Source: a virus
Lineage: Duplodnaviria; Caudoviricetes
Strand: one strand, 5' to 3'
DNA: 64,000 nt
Virus record (IMG/VR): IMGVR_UViG_3300031993_000059
Coordinates: 6,597 to 70,596 of that record
Numbering within the stretch: position 1 is the first letter of the stretch; every line of letters begins with the position of its first letter. Below the pieces are notes generated by a model. It worked only from the letters and a program-made list of their open reading frames with translations. It was not told the origin of the DNA and ran no database searches. Position numbers and translations under genes: made by a program. Positions 32,805 to 45,800 of the stretch are shown piece after piece.

Positions 32805-34481
32805 TCACTCTATCCCATGATATAGTTTTAGGACATCATCAGCGGAGAGAGCAGTAGCATAGATTCGGAAGTCGGACATCTAACCCTCAAAATTTTGAGA
32901 TGAGGTGTTTTTCCATGCTCCAATAAAAAAGTCGCCAGTTGGTATTGTCGCATTACTACTACCAGTTGAATTTAATTTACCGTTTACATATATTTTCGAA
33001 TCGCTACTGGTGTGAACAAACGTGAATAACGTCCATTCGTTAAAATTATAAGGAGCCATCGGCTTCCCCCAGTTCCATGCAATATACACCGAAGCAGTGT
33101 TAGAGCTATTTCTTGCATCCAATTCAAATCCAGACTATCCGCCAAAAATAGTTTGATAATTTTTGCTACCAATAGATGTTTTATACGTCCAAACGCTTAT
33201 TGTATAATCAAGATTAGACCCAATTATTGCGTTAAATGGCACTTTGATTGCATTGTCTGTACCGTTAAATATCGTGCTTGAACCATACATTGGTGCGCCA
33301 GATTCATAACTAAATGTTCCATTTTTTGTGCCATTATATTCATATCCGCTTATATCATATTCAATGCCATCATTAAACTTTAATGAAGAATATAAAGCAT
33401 CGGCTGAGTTCGGCATCCATAGCGTAGCAACGTCGCCCTTTTCAAGTTTAATCCAATCAACATTGGCAGTTCCAGTTATAGCGGTACTTCCCTATGAACC
33501 TGTTTTGTTAGAAGTATAAACCCTACAATAACCATGCCCTGCACCAGTTGTAAACGCTGCCATAGTGCTTGTGGCAACAAATGTCTATTTATATATGCCA
33601 CTGCTTGTTATCGGTATCCAATCCCCCATTATATTAGATCCCCCACTATGAAAAAATCCAACGCTTTTTTTATCTGATGACGTAGTAACATGCGCACTAA
33701 CTGTGTATGTGTCACCCTCTATCACGCTTTCAGAAAAGTTAAAGTCTGCAATATTGTATGTACTATGCGTAGAAGATGCATCCTTCAATGTATCTAATAA
33801 TAAATTATCTTGCCCCCTGCTTAGTGTATAATGTGCAACCAACCCTTTTGAAATTTGTTTTATTTCATCAGCGGAAAGTGCATGGTCATAAACTCTAACA
33901 TCATTGATTTTGCCAGTAAAATAATATGCGGCGTTTGTTGAATTATTACACTATCCAATAGAAAAAGTAGAGGTACTTGAACTTATATTTCTAATTGCTG
34001 GAACAGATGCAATATTTTTTCTCACACCATCTATATAAAAATATCCTTTTGAAGAGTCTGAGTTATTTCGAATCATTGCAATATGATGCCAAGAATCATA
34101 TATTATGTCATCGAAAGTATCTGAAGTCCAAATTTCTGTAGCATTTGTACCATCAGCAGTACTCCATAAAAATTTTTTCTAAGTCTAATTCCAATATATA
34201 GCACATCCGACACTTGATCCACCAGTCGATTTATTCCCAATTATTTGCTAATAAGTTTTACCAGATGTCTAAACCAAATAAATCCAAGCACATAAAGAAA
34301 AATCTCCAGTTCCAAAACTTTCTACATAATTTGTTTTAATACAAGATGCTCCATCAAAATTATAGCAACTACCGATTTTACCACTTGTATCAACAGTAGT
34401 ACCGCTATTTGTTACAGTAATATTTGTAAGTCCCTAATTATTTAAATTACCATTTAACGGTAACCATATTTGTAAAGCCAT
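32805..34481 (-). CDS. LamG/concanavalin-like tail protein, paralogue 4; TAG-recoded (~558 aa)
   Basis: MALQIWLPLNGNLNN[TAG]GL; WHHIA; INDVRVYDHALS..ISKGLVAHY; MSDFRIYATALSADDV; TGA stop. Confidence 0.82.
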
Positions 34482-34496
34482 AGCACACCACCTTCC

Positions 34497-36239
34497 TCAC
34501 AGACGTTTCTGGTATAAAGCCGTAATATCTGCCGCTGAAAAAGCTGTAGAGTAAAACCTCACATCAGAAACATACCCATGAAAAGTTCTGGTGCTATTAG
34601 GCTCTCCAAGTAAATATGTATTAGCCATAGAAGTAAAATTACCAGTACAAGCAATTTTAAAATCCTAAACACCATTTACATATCCATAAACATAATTATC
34701 ATCCCAGACAACGGCAAGATGTGTCCATGTATTCAATGGAATTACTGTAGTACCATCATGATAGCCAGCTGGACTCTTTCCATATGCATATGTGCTTAAA
34801 ACACCTGTTGATTTTATGGTAATATATCTTCCATTATTAATTACTAAATCCCTATCACCATCAGATCTAGCGGTTTCATATACCCATGCTGACAATGTTG
34901 CAACAGAAGTTCCGCCCTGTGTTGCGGCGCTAAGACTATATCCAGAATTACTCGCCGTACCGACAGACGTAGCTATGCGATATCTAGGTGTGTTTGACGT
35001 ATACGACACATTAGCATTTCCAAACTTGCTTAAATTATATCCATATCCACTTATGTCATATTCAACATTATTATTTAAACCGAGCTTTGCGTATTCTGCA
35101 TCACCGGAATTTGGTACCCACGGCGTTGCTTTATCAGACAACTCTAATTTCCATCCTTTTGTCCATACTATCTATCCATCAACGTGATTATATACTTCTA
35201 TAAAGAAATAATCGGTAGATGATATGGTACCACTTCCAGACACAAATAAACCATCTGTTAGAGTAATCGTAAATGAATATCGCTTCCACTCAGTAGTCAA
35301 TGCAAAAGTTCCTCCAGTAAAATATTTAGTCCTTGAAGTTGAAGAACTTGTTCTAAGTGCAAATGTAATACCCTAGTTAAACGATGAATTACCCTTCATC
35401 CAGCATGAGAATGTTACTGTCTTATTTTGCACACTTGAATAAGGCATCAATCTTGTCGCATTTTGATGTGTTCGAGCAACTGCGTTCCAATCGGAAGATG
35501 AACCAGTTATTTTTGCAACAGTCATACCGCCGGCAGATTCTTCAGCGTCAATAGTAACTCTTGATCCATTATGCCAGTTAGCAGAATTGCGAGAGTATGA
35601 GTCTGGAATTAGATTGTCACATCCAAATCTATCTAATGTATAATGCACGACCAACCCTCTCGATATCTTCTTGATTTCTTCTTGGGTGAGAACATTGTCA
35701 TATAATCTAAAATCCTATATCTATCCATTAAAAGATGAGCTACTATAATATCGCCCAACAGAGAGACGATTGCCTTCATAGTAAGTGGCTGTTTCGGTAT
35801 ATTCTCCACCAAACACACCATTTATATATATTTTTCTTGTTGAACCATCAAAAGATAACGCTATATGATTCCAATTTGTAGATACATATCCGGATAATTC
35901 AAACGATTTACTTGATTTATTTATAATTGTAAGTATCTAATTTGTAGCACCAGATACTGTACGAAAACCAAACTATACTTGTGATGAAGTGCCAGCATTT
36001 CCCAACTATGCTATATATCCAGAGTGGTCTGTCGCCGCTTTCGCCCAACAACAAACAGTCCATGTGTTGCCAATGGTAACACCATCAGTATATACGTTAG
36101 AATTATTTGTGCTAGAAAATGTTGCACAATTACCAAGTTTACCAGCAGACCAAGTTATATTATTTGATGTAAACGTTTTATTTAATAAACCCTAATTATG
36201 TATGTCACTAATTAAAGGTAGCCAAACTTGTAAACTCAT
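34497..36239 (-). CDS. LamG/concanavalin-like tail protein, paralogue 3; TAG-recoded (~580 aa)
   Basis: MSLQVWLPLISDIHN[TAG]GL; FRLYDNVLT..ISRGLVVHY; WTHLAVVWD; SDVRFYSTAFS; TGA stop. Confidence 0.82.
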
Positions 36240-37960
36240 GTTAATCTCCCCCCCTCATATAATTCAAGAACATCAGATGCAGAGAGGACTGTGGAATAAA
36301 TACGAAAATCAGATATATTCCCATCAAATACGTTATTCTTATTATAATAACAACCAATAGATAATTTATCAGAATTAATTTGTTCAGTAGTATTTGATGA
36401 AGTCCATTTTAGTTCGCCATTAATATATGTTTTTAATGAACTCCCATCGTATGTCATGCAATAATGATTCCAATTCATATAACTTGTTAAACTAGCCGTC
36501 TTATACTGCGTATTACATATAGTGGCGATAGACCCATCATCACTACTCGTATGCATCCCAAATTGTGTATTTGCATATGATCCTCCATTGCCAACCTAGA
36601 AAATAAAACATACGCCAACAGAATTCTTTTTAGCCCAACAAGAAACACTCCATATATTACCAATAGAAAACGCTCTCTATATGTAGGAAGTGTTAGTATT
36701 TAATAAAACTGATACACCGTACTTCGGAGTATCAGATGAATAAGATATAGATGTGCCTGTTCCATTATATCCAAATCCACTTACATCATATTCGGTTGTT
36801 CCGTTTAATCCCATTGCTGAATACAAAGAATCAGTAGTGGCTGGAATCCATGGAGTTGATATTTCCCCCAATTCAACCTTTGGATGCCAAAATGTAAAAT
36901 CATATTCTTTTGACACACCAGATGCCAATATAGTGAACTATAAACTATGGCTTCCATCACCAGTTGCATCAAGGACAACTTTTTTACACTCTCCAGCATT
37001 AACCGGCACGGAAGATGATAAACCATTAAATGCAATGTTTATAGCATTGGTTGAATGATTATTTTTTACATATATTGAAGGTACATATTTTTGACCAGAA
37101 ACAGATGTATATGATACAGTAAATCCATGACTACCATCATTTATTAATAAACATAATGCATTTGAAGCACCCGATTGTCCATAAACCCTTAGGGCATCGT
37201 TACACCCCCATTCTGGCACAGATACACCAGAAACTGTTGTTCTTGATCTGCCATCTCCAGAACCGCCCCATGACTATGGAAAATTTGTTGCAGAATTTTT
37301 TAACAAATTATCCTAACCAAATCCACGCCTATTTAACGGATAATGCAACACCAACCCTTTTGCAATTTCAGCTACTTCACGAGGCGAGAGGGCATGATCG
37401 TAAATGCGAACATCATTAATCAATGCGTTATATGGGTAAATATCTATATAGTTGCCAGCTGGTTGACTATGACTACTACAATCCCATGTGGAAGTGCCAA
37501 TCTCAGTTGATAATACGCCATCAATATAATGTTTGGCAGTTATTTTACCGCTAACTGTCTTGTCAATTACGGAAGCTACGTGATGCCAATTAGTATAGTC
37601 GTCTGCAATAGGTGTTGAAGCTAATCTTTTACCATTATCATTTTCATTCCAAACCAACCTAGCAACAGATTTTGCCCACCAAAGACCACATGTATTACTA
37701 CCTAATTTTACAATCCATCCTTCGCTTGCAGTACCAGTTAATTTAATCCAACATGTTAATGTATATGTCTTTCCATTTGCAAACATCGCTGGAAATTCAG
37801 CAGACGTTAACCTAATAGTATTATTGCTTGCCGACGAAGTTGCACACTATCCAATTTTGCCATTTGTAAATGATATATATGTGCCTTTATCAGTTGTACC
37901 ATTATTCAATCCTTGATTATGTATATCGCCATCCAATGGCATCCATACCTATAAACTCAT
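36236..37960 (-). CDS. LamG/concanavalin-like tail protein, paralogue 2; TAG-recoded (~574 aa)
   Basis: MSL[TAG]VWMPLDGDIHNQG; [27 protein letters not shown]; ISDFRIYSTVLS; ATGA overlap with next gene. Confidence 0.82.
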
Positions 37961-37971
37961 ACCACACCTCC

Positions 37972-39843
37972 TCACTCTTGCAATTCAGCGCTTAATAATA
38001 CACCGTTATACGCAAGCGATATTGGTGTTTGATATAGTTCTAAGACTTGCTGTGCGGTGAGAGCGGTAACATAAAATCTAACATCAGATAAATATCCAGT
38101 AAAACGCTCGTCACTTCCCGGTAAATCTACTCCAACAGCAAATTGAGTAGTAGATGCAATCGTACCAGTTGAATTATTAACTGTCTAAGTTAACACAGGA
38201 GAGCCGTTTACATATAAAATCACAGTATTCCCATTTGTGATAGTTGCACAAAGGTGATACCAAGTATTTGCATTCATTGAAAATGAGGAACTAACATTAC
38301 CCCAAGAACTATCATATCCCACAACGATTGCGGCTTTTCCTCCGTAATTACAAATATTAAAACTTCTTGAACCTTGTCCGCTGTCATTTTGAACACCTAC
38401 ACTCGCCCAAGTTTGAGTTGTATTCGCTGGGTTGTACCAAGCAGACACAGTTCCTTCTTTGAAATCAAACCATCCAAAACTACTCTATCCGCTACGAATA
38501 TCTGAAGAACCATTAAAATAAGTAGAAACACTATATCTCGGAGTATTTGAACTGTATGTTAATGATCCGATAATTGCCCCATCACGTCTATATCCAGAAC
38601 AATCGTAGACGGTGTTTGAATTTAGTCCCATTGCTGAGTATATAGTATCGGCAGAATTTGGAGTCCAAGGAGTGGCAGTAGTGCCATCTTCAATCTTTAT
38701 TTTTTTAAAACTAACAGAACCGTTTTTTACTAACTAAAAGCTAACTGTTGTATAGCTAACGTCAGAAGTAGTATAGTCACCAGTTGAAATAGTTTTCATA
38801 TTCGCCTACGTAAAATGGCATATTAATCTCTTCCAAACACCATTTTGGAGAGTTGTACTACCAACATAATTAGCCTCAGTAAATGTATTTTTTGATTCAT
38901 ACCATCCAATTCTAGTGCCATCTGACTTATATATTTGCAAAGAACAAATACATTTGTGATCTAATGCACTTATATCATTACATTTAAAATCAAATGAGAC
39001 AGTAATACCGTTTGAATAATTATCTGGGACAAAATGCATTGTTGGTATAATGCGACTCCAAACATTGGTGGTAGCATCGCTCCTAGAAGCAGAAGCAACA
39101 TATTCACCATTTGTATCTTGTGCAACAGAAAATAAACTATTGATTGACCAACCAGAGAAGTTATGTGAATTTGCAATTAAATTATCACATCCAAATCCTT
39201 CGCGGTTTAATGGATAATGTAAGACCAAACCTTTTGCAATTTCGGCGACTTCACGAGGAGAGAGGATAGAATCATACACCCTAAAATCATTTAAAAATCC
39301 ATTGTATCTTTCTCCTCTTAATCTAATATTTCCAGTAAGCCAACCATTAGTACCATTACTTGCACTACTAACTAAGACACCATCCCTATATGCTTTTACA
39401 TTCGTACCATCTGTAGTAAAACATATATGTATCCATTTATCCCAATGTTCATTGGTAGAAAATGATAAACTATTTGATGTTACAATATTATAACCTGAGT
39501 TACAATACATACATATTGGATATCCATTATAACTTGCTCTATTATCTTTGCCAAATCTAAAAGAATAATCTTCTGATCCGCCAGTTTTATTAGATCTCAA
39601 TGAAATTGGGCTAGACCAATCTGCATCACTTGTATCTTTTGTTCCTTTAATCCAAAAACAAATTGAAAAACTAGATACATTTGCTATGCCCGGACATACA
39701 ATATCAATCTATTGAGAGTTTATTAAATCTAATGCCTACCCAATCTTTCCAACTCCATATACTGGAGTCCCACTCACCGTCATACTGCTTAATCCATTGT
39801 TATTTAAACTACCATTTAAAGGTAACCACACCTATAAAGCCAT
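37972..39843 (-). CDS. LamG/concanavalin-like tail protein, paralogue 1; TAG-recoded (~623 aa)
   Basis: MAL[TAG]VWLPLNG; [27 protein letters not shown]; [12 protein letters not shown]; TGA stop. Confidence 0.82.
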
Positions 39844-39875
39844 AATTCACCTTCTTTCATGAAATAATCCCAAAT

Positions 39876-39917
39876 AAAAAACAAAAAGCTTCAAGCGGAG
39901 TCGAACCGCAAGAAGCC
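39876..39917 (-). terminator. rho-independent terminator after the large tail protein
   Basis: Minus strand GGCTTC-TT-GCGG-TTCGACT-CCGC-TT-GAAGCT followed by TTTTGTTTTT. Confidence 0.7.
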
Positions 39918-39923
39918 TAATAA

Positions 39924-42900
39924 TTAATAAAACACAAAGTTCGTGCATTGTAATGTCGAATCATATTCCATACGCATTCCAGACGTATTTGTAGTATTAC
40001 CACCAACAGTAACCGAGCCATTAAATACTGCATGACCTTCGCCGTTAATCGAAGCAACACCAGTGCTAGTTGTGACATTTTTAAAAATCCAACCTCTAGT
40101 TAAGCTATTGGCAGTAGTAGTTCCTTTCATAAAGAAATACGTTGCCCAGTTGTCATCTTGAACATAACCATGTTTGCCCTATGTAGCTGTAGTTCTCATT
40201 GCAATACCATATTCTGTTGGAGTTGTTCCATATAATGATAGCCCACCAGCAGAACCAGAACTACTACTATTCGCAGAAATATAATTACTTGCAGAAAGAC
40301 TAGTAGCAGACACAGCCCCGGTAAAATTACCAGTACCATTTACATATAAAGCGTATGTTGTATTTGGTGTATTCACACCTACAGATACACTCGTCTTAGC
40401 AACAAATCGTTTTGAATTCACGTTCCAATCGGACTAATTGGACACAAAGTGGAAACTCGCCCCAGTGCCGCAAGAGTCGTGGTCTGTAAAAATCAAAGCA
40501 CCTGATTGTCCAGTGTCGTGGTTAGAAGATGAACTGAATACAATTTGTGGGCCTCCATCTCCCCAGCTCATAACACCAGCTGTTTGTGATACAAGTGACG
40601 AGGCGGTATTACCATAACAAGTTCCATACATGAATATACCATTCCGCTTAACTGTTGTAGAAGCTACGGTCAGATCTACGTTGTTGTAATATGACATCTA
40701 GCTCGAAGCATATGCTGTTGAAGATCCGTTGCCAATCACAAATTTGTTTGCCGTGATACCAGTTAAACCAGCAGCTGTTGTTGCAGTAGTAGCGTTACCA
40801 GATAGTGAAGCTGTAATCGTGCCAGCACTAAAATTACCAGAAGCGTCACGTTTAACAATAGCACTTGCAGTATTAGCATTAGTAGCAGTTGTCCAACTTG
40901 GATTTCCGGTGCCACCAGATGTCAACACTTGTCCAGAAGTCCCAGCAGCTGTGGTTGCTAATGCGGTTGTTGATGTGGCATATACTATACCCTTTGAAGT
41001 TGCGGATGTCATACCAGTACCGCCTTGTGCAATTGGTAGTGTTCCCCAACTCAAAGCACCATTCGCCGCAGTTGCATATAGCGCACCATTCGCCGAAGCT
41101 TTTGTTCCAAACGTTCCAGCAGTATCAGTATAATAAGCTACCGCATTTGCGGTAGTAGTAATATTTGCGCCTTTAACACGCTTGTTCGCATCGGCGGTAT
41201 TATCAGCATTCCCCAATCCAACGGTTGATTTAGAAAACGTTGCCCATGTCGGTGCAGCATTACCATTAGATTTTAAATATTGCCCAGAAGTACCATAACC
41301 AGTTGGGGCATAGAATGTGCCGCCTGTTGTAGCATTATTTAATTTTGGTATTTTATTAGCCGTTACTGGTTTCCCTTGATTGTTAAAATACACTGGCTAT
41401 TCGGCACTTCCAACGGCAGTACCATTGACATTCAACGCATCAGAATAAGATACGGATGATCCAGACGAACCAACAATCATAACCTCAATTGGATCAGATG
41501 TGGTATCATCAAAATAAGTTAATACTAATTTACCATCATTATTTGATGCAATTGATTTAACAAGCTATCCAGTATTTAACCCAACATCAGAAGCAACACC
41601 AGAACTCTTATATGCCCAACTTCCCAAACCATGAACAGCGACATCGGTACTAGTTCCATTTGTATTAACAGAAATTTTGCCGTTAGAAGTACTTTCGGAA
41701 ATTGAACGAACACCAGTATTCGTAATAGTTCTTGTGCCTGTTGATGTAATTGCGGTGGACGCATTTAATGATATACCAGCACCAGCCGAAAGCGTAATTG
41801 ATGTAACACCAGAACTAGTTACATACCCTTTGCCTTCAACAAACGAGGCAACCGCCGCAGAAGTTGGAAGATTTGCACTTGATGACTATGCTGAAATTGA
41901 AGTGTCAACTGCTTTCGCTGCAGCTGCAGCAAGAGTACCAACTTTTGTTGTTGTTAAATTAGATGATCCAGCCCAAGTTGATAATGCGGTGTTTTCAACA
42001 TTACCAAGTCCAACGCCAGATTTAGTTATATTTACCGTTTTAGTTGCGGAACCATTGTATGTAAATTGATTTGTACCTTCAGTAGTGCCACCATTAAGCT
42101 ATATCTTAAGGTTATTAGATACGCTCGTAGCAGTTCCAGTTAAATCTCCATATATACCATTGGTAAACCGACCAGCACCAGTAACAATTAATTCACCAGC
42201 AGTTACATCTGTAACATCAATACTGTCAAACTAATCATCAGATATTTTTCTATATGTTGTACTAATTGTATTACCATCCGCATCTCCAGTAGCTCTTCCA
42301 GCTGTGATTGTAGATTGGTTAACCCACGATGGAGCAGCAGAACCGTTACTTTTCAGTATTTGACCGCTCGACCCAGCACCAATTTGTGCAAGAGCATTTG
42401 TCGCCGAAGCATATACAATTCCCCATTGTGTCCAAGAGGATTTGCCGGTACCACCGTTACCAACGCCGAGAGTCCCAGTGACACCATGAGACACTGTAGC
42501 ATTTGCACTTCCAGTTAACTGCCCAGCTGAGGTTGATGCAAGATTTGTTCGCAACATCAGATTTGTCGTAAAAGATCCGTTTACAGTTAAATTGCCAGTA
42601 ATCGTGCCACCAGTTTTTGGTAGATATACAGACCCAACGTCTGAAAGCGCTGCATACTTTTCAGATAGCTTAGTGCCGCCCTCATAAATCTCACCATTGG
42701 AATATATATTAACTGCTGTTATATCTCCTGCGGTGTACATATTCCCAGCAATATCAACAAGATAGAAATACGTCCAGTTATTATCTAATGTTGGGGCAGA
42801 ATTCCCAGTATATTTTCTTCCATAGAAAAACGACTTCGCATATCTAGCGCCGTTATTAGCTGGGGCAGTAGAAGTGAAGTCGGTAGGAATTTGCAAACCA

Positions 42901-45785
42901 ACATCATAGAAAGTATTTGTACCGCTATCTTTGTAATACTTTAAGTTACCAGAAGAAGCAGTGGTAGTTGAATAATACTATGTATTTAACCTATTATTAC
43001 TTAATTGCCAATTTCCAGACTAAATATATGATGTGCCATGTCCAATAATCGCAGCAGATTCTGAAGCATTGAAATCATATACAGTGCCTATTTCCCAATA
43101 GTTTGTTGTATTTGAACCAATCTTTCCAGATGATGCTACAACATCTCCGTTAATATAAGCACCTTGAGACCCAGCCTCAGCACTCACACCAAAATTCGGA
43201 GTAAAGAAATTACCACTTGATAAATCTAAATATGAACCAGTGGATGAAAAATGAGAACCGTTGATTGATACAAAGTTACTAGACATAATAGCATCTGTAG
43301 CCAAATGCTCAGATTCGATTGTATGTGTTTTAATATATCCGCCAGCAATCGTGGTTGTAGCTAAAGTTGCATCATCTACCCAGGCTTTCATAATATCCGT
43401 GGCAGTTACGGTTGTTGTGCCATTTGAGACAACCCAATCAACGGCAGATTTAGCATAAGCTTTAACCAACTATGACCCACCATCATTGATGTACCAATAT
43501 AACCCACTATATGTGAAAGTAAGCGTTATACCAGCTTCCCAATAATACTGATTAGAAGCACTTGTGACTGCATTTTTATAATAAATAGCAAAAGCACCAG
43601 TAGATCCAATATTTAAAGTTGGAGCATTCGCAGTATTCGCAGTACTAAAGTAAACACTAATAGTAGTGCCTTTACACAATACAAATGTACCAGTTGCTGA
43701 TGCATTAGTTTTTGCTGCAGTACCAGATGCGGTGGAACTTGTAAAATACTCAAGGTTCTCAAAGTTTATAGCTACCCAATAAGTACCATTATACTGAAAC
43801 GTAATTACAGAACCAGCCTACCATCTAAATTTATTGCTAGATGATGTGACGGCGTTGTCGAAATAAATAGCCTTTGCTCCAAGAGAATTAACATTCAAAG
43901 TCGGAGAATCCGCAGTACTTGCGGTTGAAAATGTGACAGTAATTGTAACGCCGTTAGTCATGGCGAACGTTGTGTCAGAACAAGATACTACCTTCGCAGC
44001 CGTTCCAGCCGCCGTGGAACTTGTGCCAGTAAATGCTTTAATTCCATTAATAGCTGAAGTCGCAGTAGTATTCGCGGAATTTGCAGTACTTACCGCAGCG
44101 GAAGCATTCGTATTTGCAGTGTTTGCCGTTGATACTGCCGCAGATGCATTGGTATTCGCAGTATTAGCAGTTGACACAGCCGAAGAAGCATTTGTATTTG
44201 CCGTATTCGCCGTAGTATTTGCATCTTCTATGGCTTTGCTTCTTGCCACATCAGTCCAATTATGCGAGTTGTCCGTATACGTTGTTTGTGTACATGTGTA
44301 GTAATATGGATAACTTGCGTTGTATGCTGGCATCGCAAGTGTCCACACATTATAATTTGTTGAAGTAGATGTAACTACACTCGTAGGTTTCGCCGGGGCA
44401 GTAGTGGAATTCGATGTCCTATATAGCTATTCCACCTTAACCACGCCAACACCAGTATCACCATCTTCTGATTGATAAGATACTGCGTATGATGTTGAAG
44501 AATTCCCATCAGAATATGTAACAACAGTTTTTGTCCACAAATAATTACCTTGCGAAACAGTTGGAATAGTAGAACTCCAGGTTCCAGTAGGAGCAGTTGT
44601 CCCAGACGTTCCGCTTTGATATGTGGTAGACGTAGCTGAAACAGTTACAGAAGAACCAGTCTCACCTTGTTTCGCTACGCTATAAGATGTTGCGGTACTA
44701 TTATCTGAAAATGTAGTTACAACACGAGTCCATAAGTATTGCCCAGCAGAAGCGCTGGGGATAGAACTTTGCCAAGTTCCAGTTGGAGTCGTAGTTCCGC
44801 TATTACTTACCTAATATGTGGTTGCACTACCAGATACAGTAATCGAAGACCCAGCATTACCCCACACACCGCTAATCACAGGATCGGTATCGGTTGTTGT
44901 GTTATCAACTTTAGTTATAGTTTGGTATGTCCATAAATACCGTTTAGACGAGGTAATAGACTATACGGTAGTTGTCCACCCAGACGTTGATCTAGTTACT
45001 CCAGAAGCGGCAGTTGTTGCAAGATAATGCATTGTGGTTGTTTTAATACTACCATTAACTGCACTAAGCGCACTCGATGCATTTGATGCAGCGGTAGATG
45101 CATTAGATTCAGCAGTTGAAACTCTATTTTGCGTAGAACTATCCAACATACTAAAAGTAACATTACCAATTAAATTAACTTTATCCGCAGAAATTGTAAT
45201 GGATTCCGGCGATTGATTAATCTCAGAAATTATACTATTCTTCGAAACCTTCAAATTTATATTGTTAGCGTTCTACGTGATAGAAGATTCGGCAGCAGAC
45301 ATTCTTGTGCCAAGATCTGAAGTTTCTGTTTCAACATCATAAACTCTAGTGGTAATGCCAGATATATCCGTCTCAGTTTGTGAAACCCTATCACGAATCG
45401 CCGCACCAGTTGAACCATCATACGTGTTTATGGAAGTCGTAATATCCGACTGCCAGACTTTATTTGTTATAGACTGGTTTATTTCATCTACATTGCTAAC
45501 AACTCCACCAAGCACTGCACGATATATAGCATCAGAATACTAAGTAGTGCCATTTGACATTGTAAATGCGATGCGTCCCCAAAGATACTTACCAGACGGA
45601 ATACTTGATGGCTCAGTATCAGACCAAGATCCGCCAGTAAGATTAGAACTAGATGTAGATAAATACCACTATTCCTTTTCAGATACAATACCAACACCCT
45701 ATGCACCTGGCGCACCATCCTAACCGTTTATTCCATTTATACCGTCATTTACATTAATAATTGAAACAGAAGATGTCGTAAACAT
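39924..45785 (-). CDS. large tail fibre / minor tail protein; TAG-recoded (~1953 aa)
   Basis: Ten ORF fragments in one frame; N-terminal collagen-like GING[TAG]DGAPGA[TAG]G; WSSTIPTVSQGNYLWTKT repeats; LPIAQGGTG; C-terminal MEYDSTLQCTNFVFY-TAA. Confidence 0.83.
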
Positions 45786-45800
45786 TCATGGCACCCCCTT

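Noticed and set aside
39887-39917. tRNA-like T-arm GCGG-TTCGACT-CCGC on the - strand (possible suppressor tRNA)
   Set aside because: No D or anticodon arm and no room for them (the upstream gene ends at 39924); it forms a simple hairpin with a U-tract, so it is a terminator.
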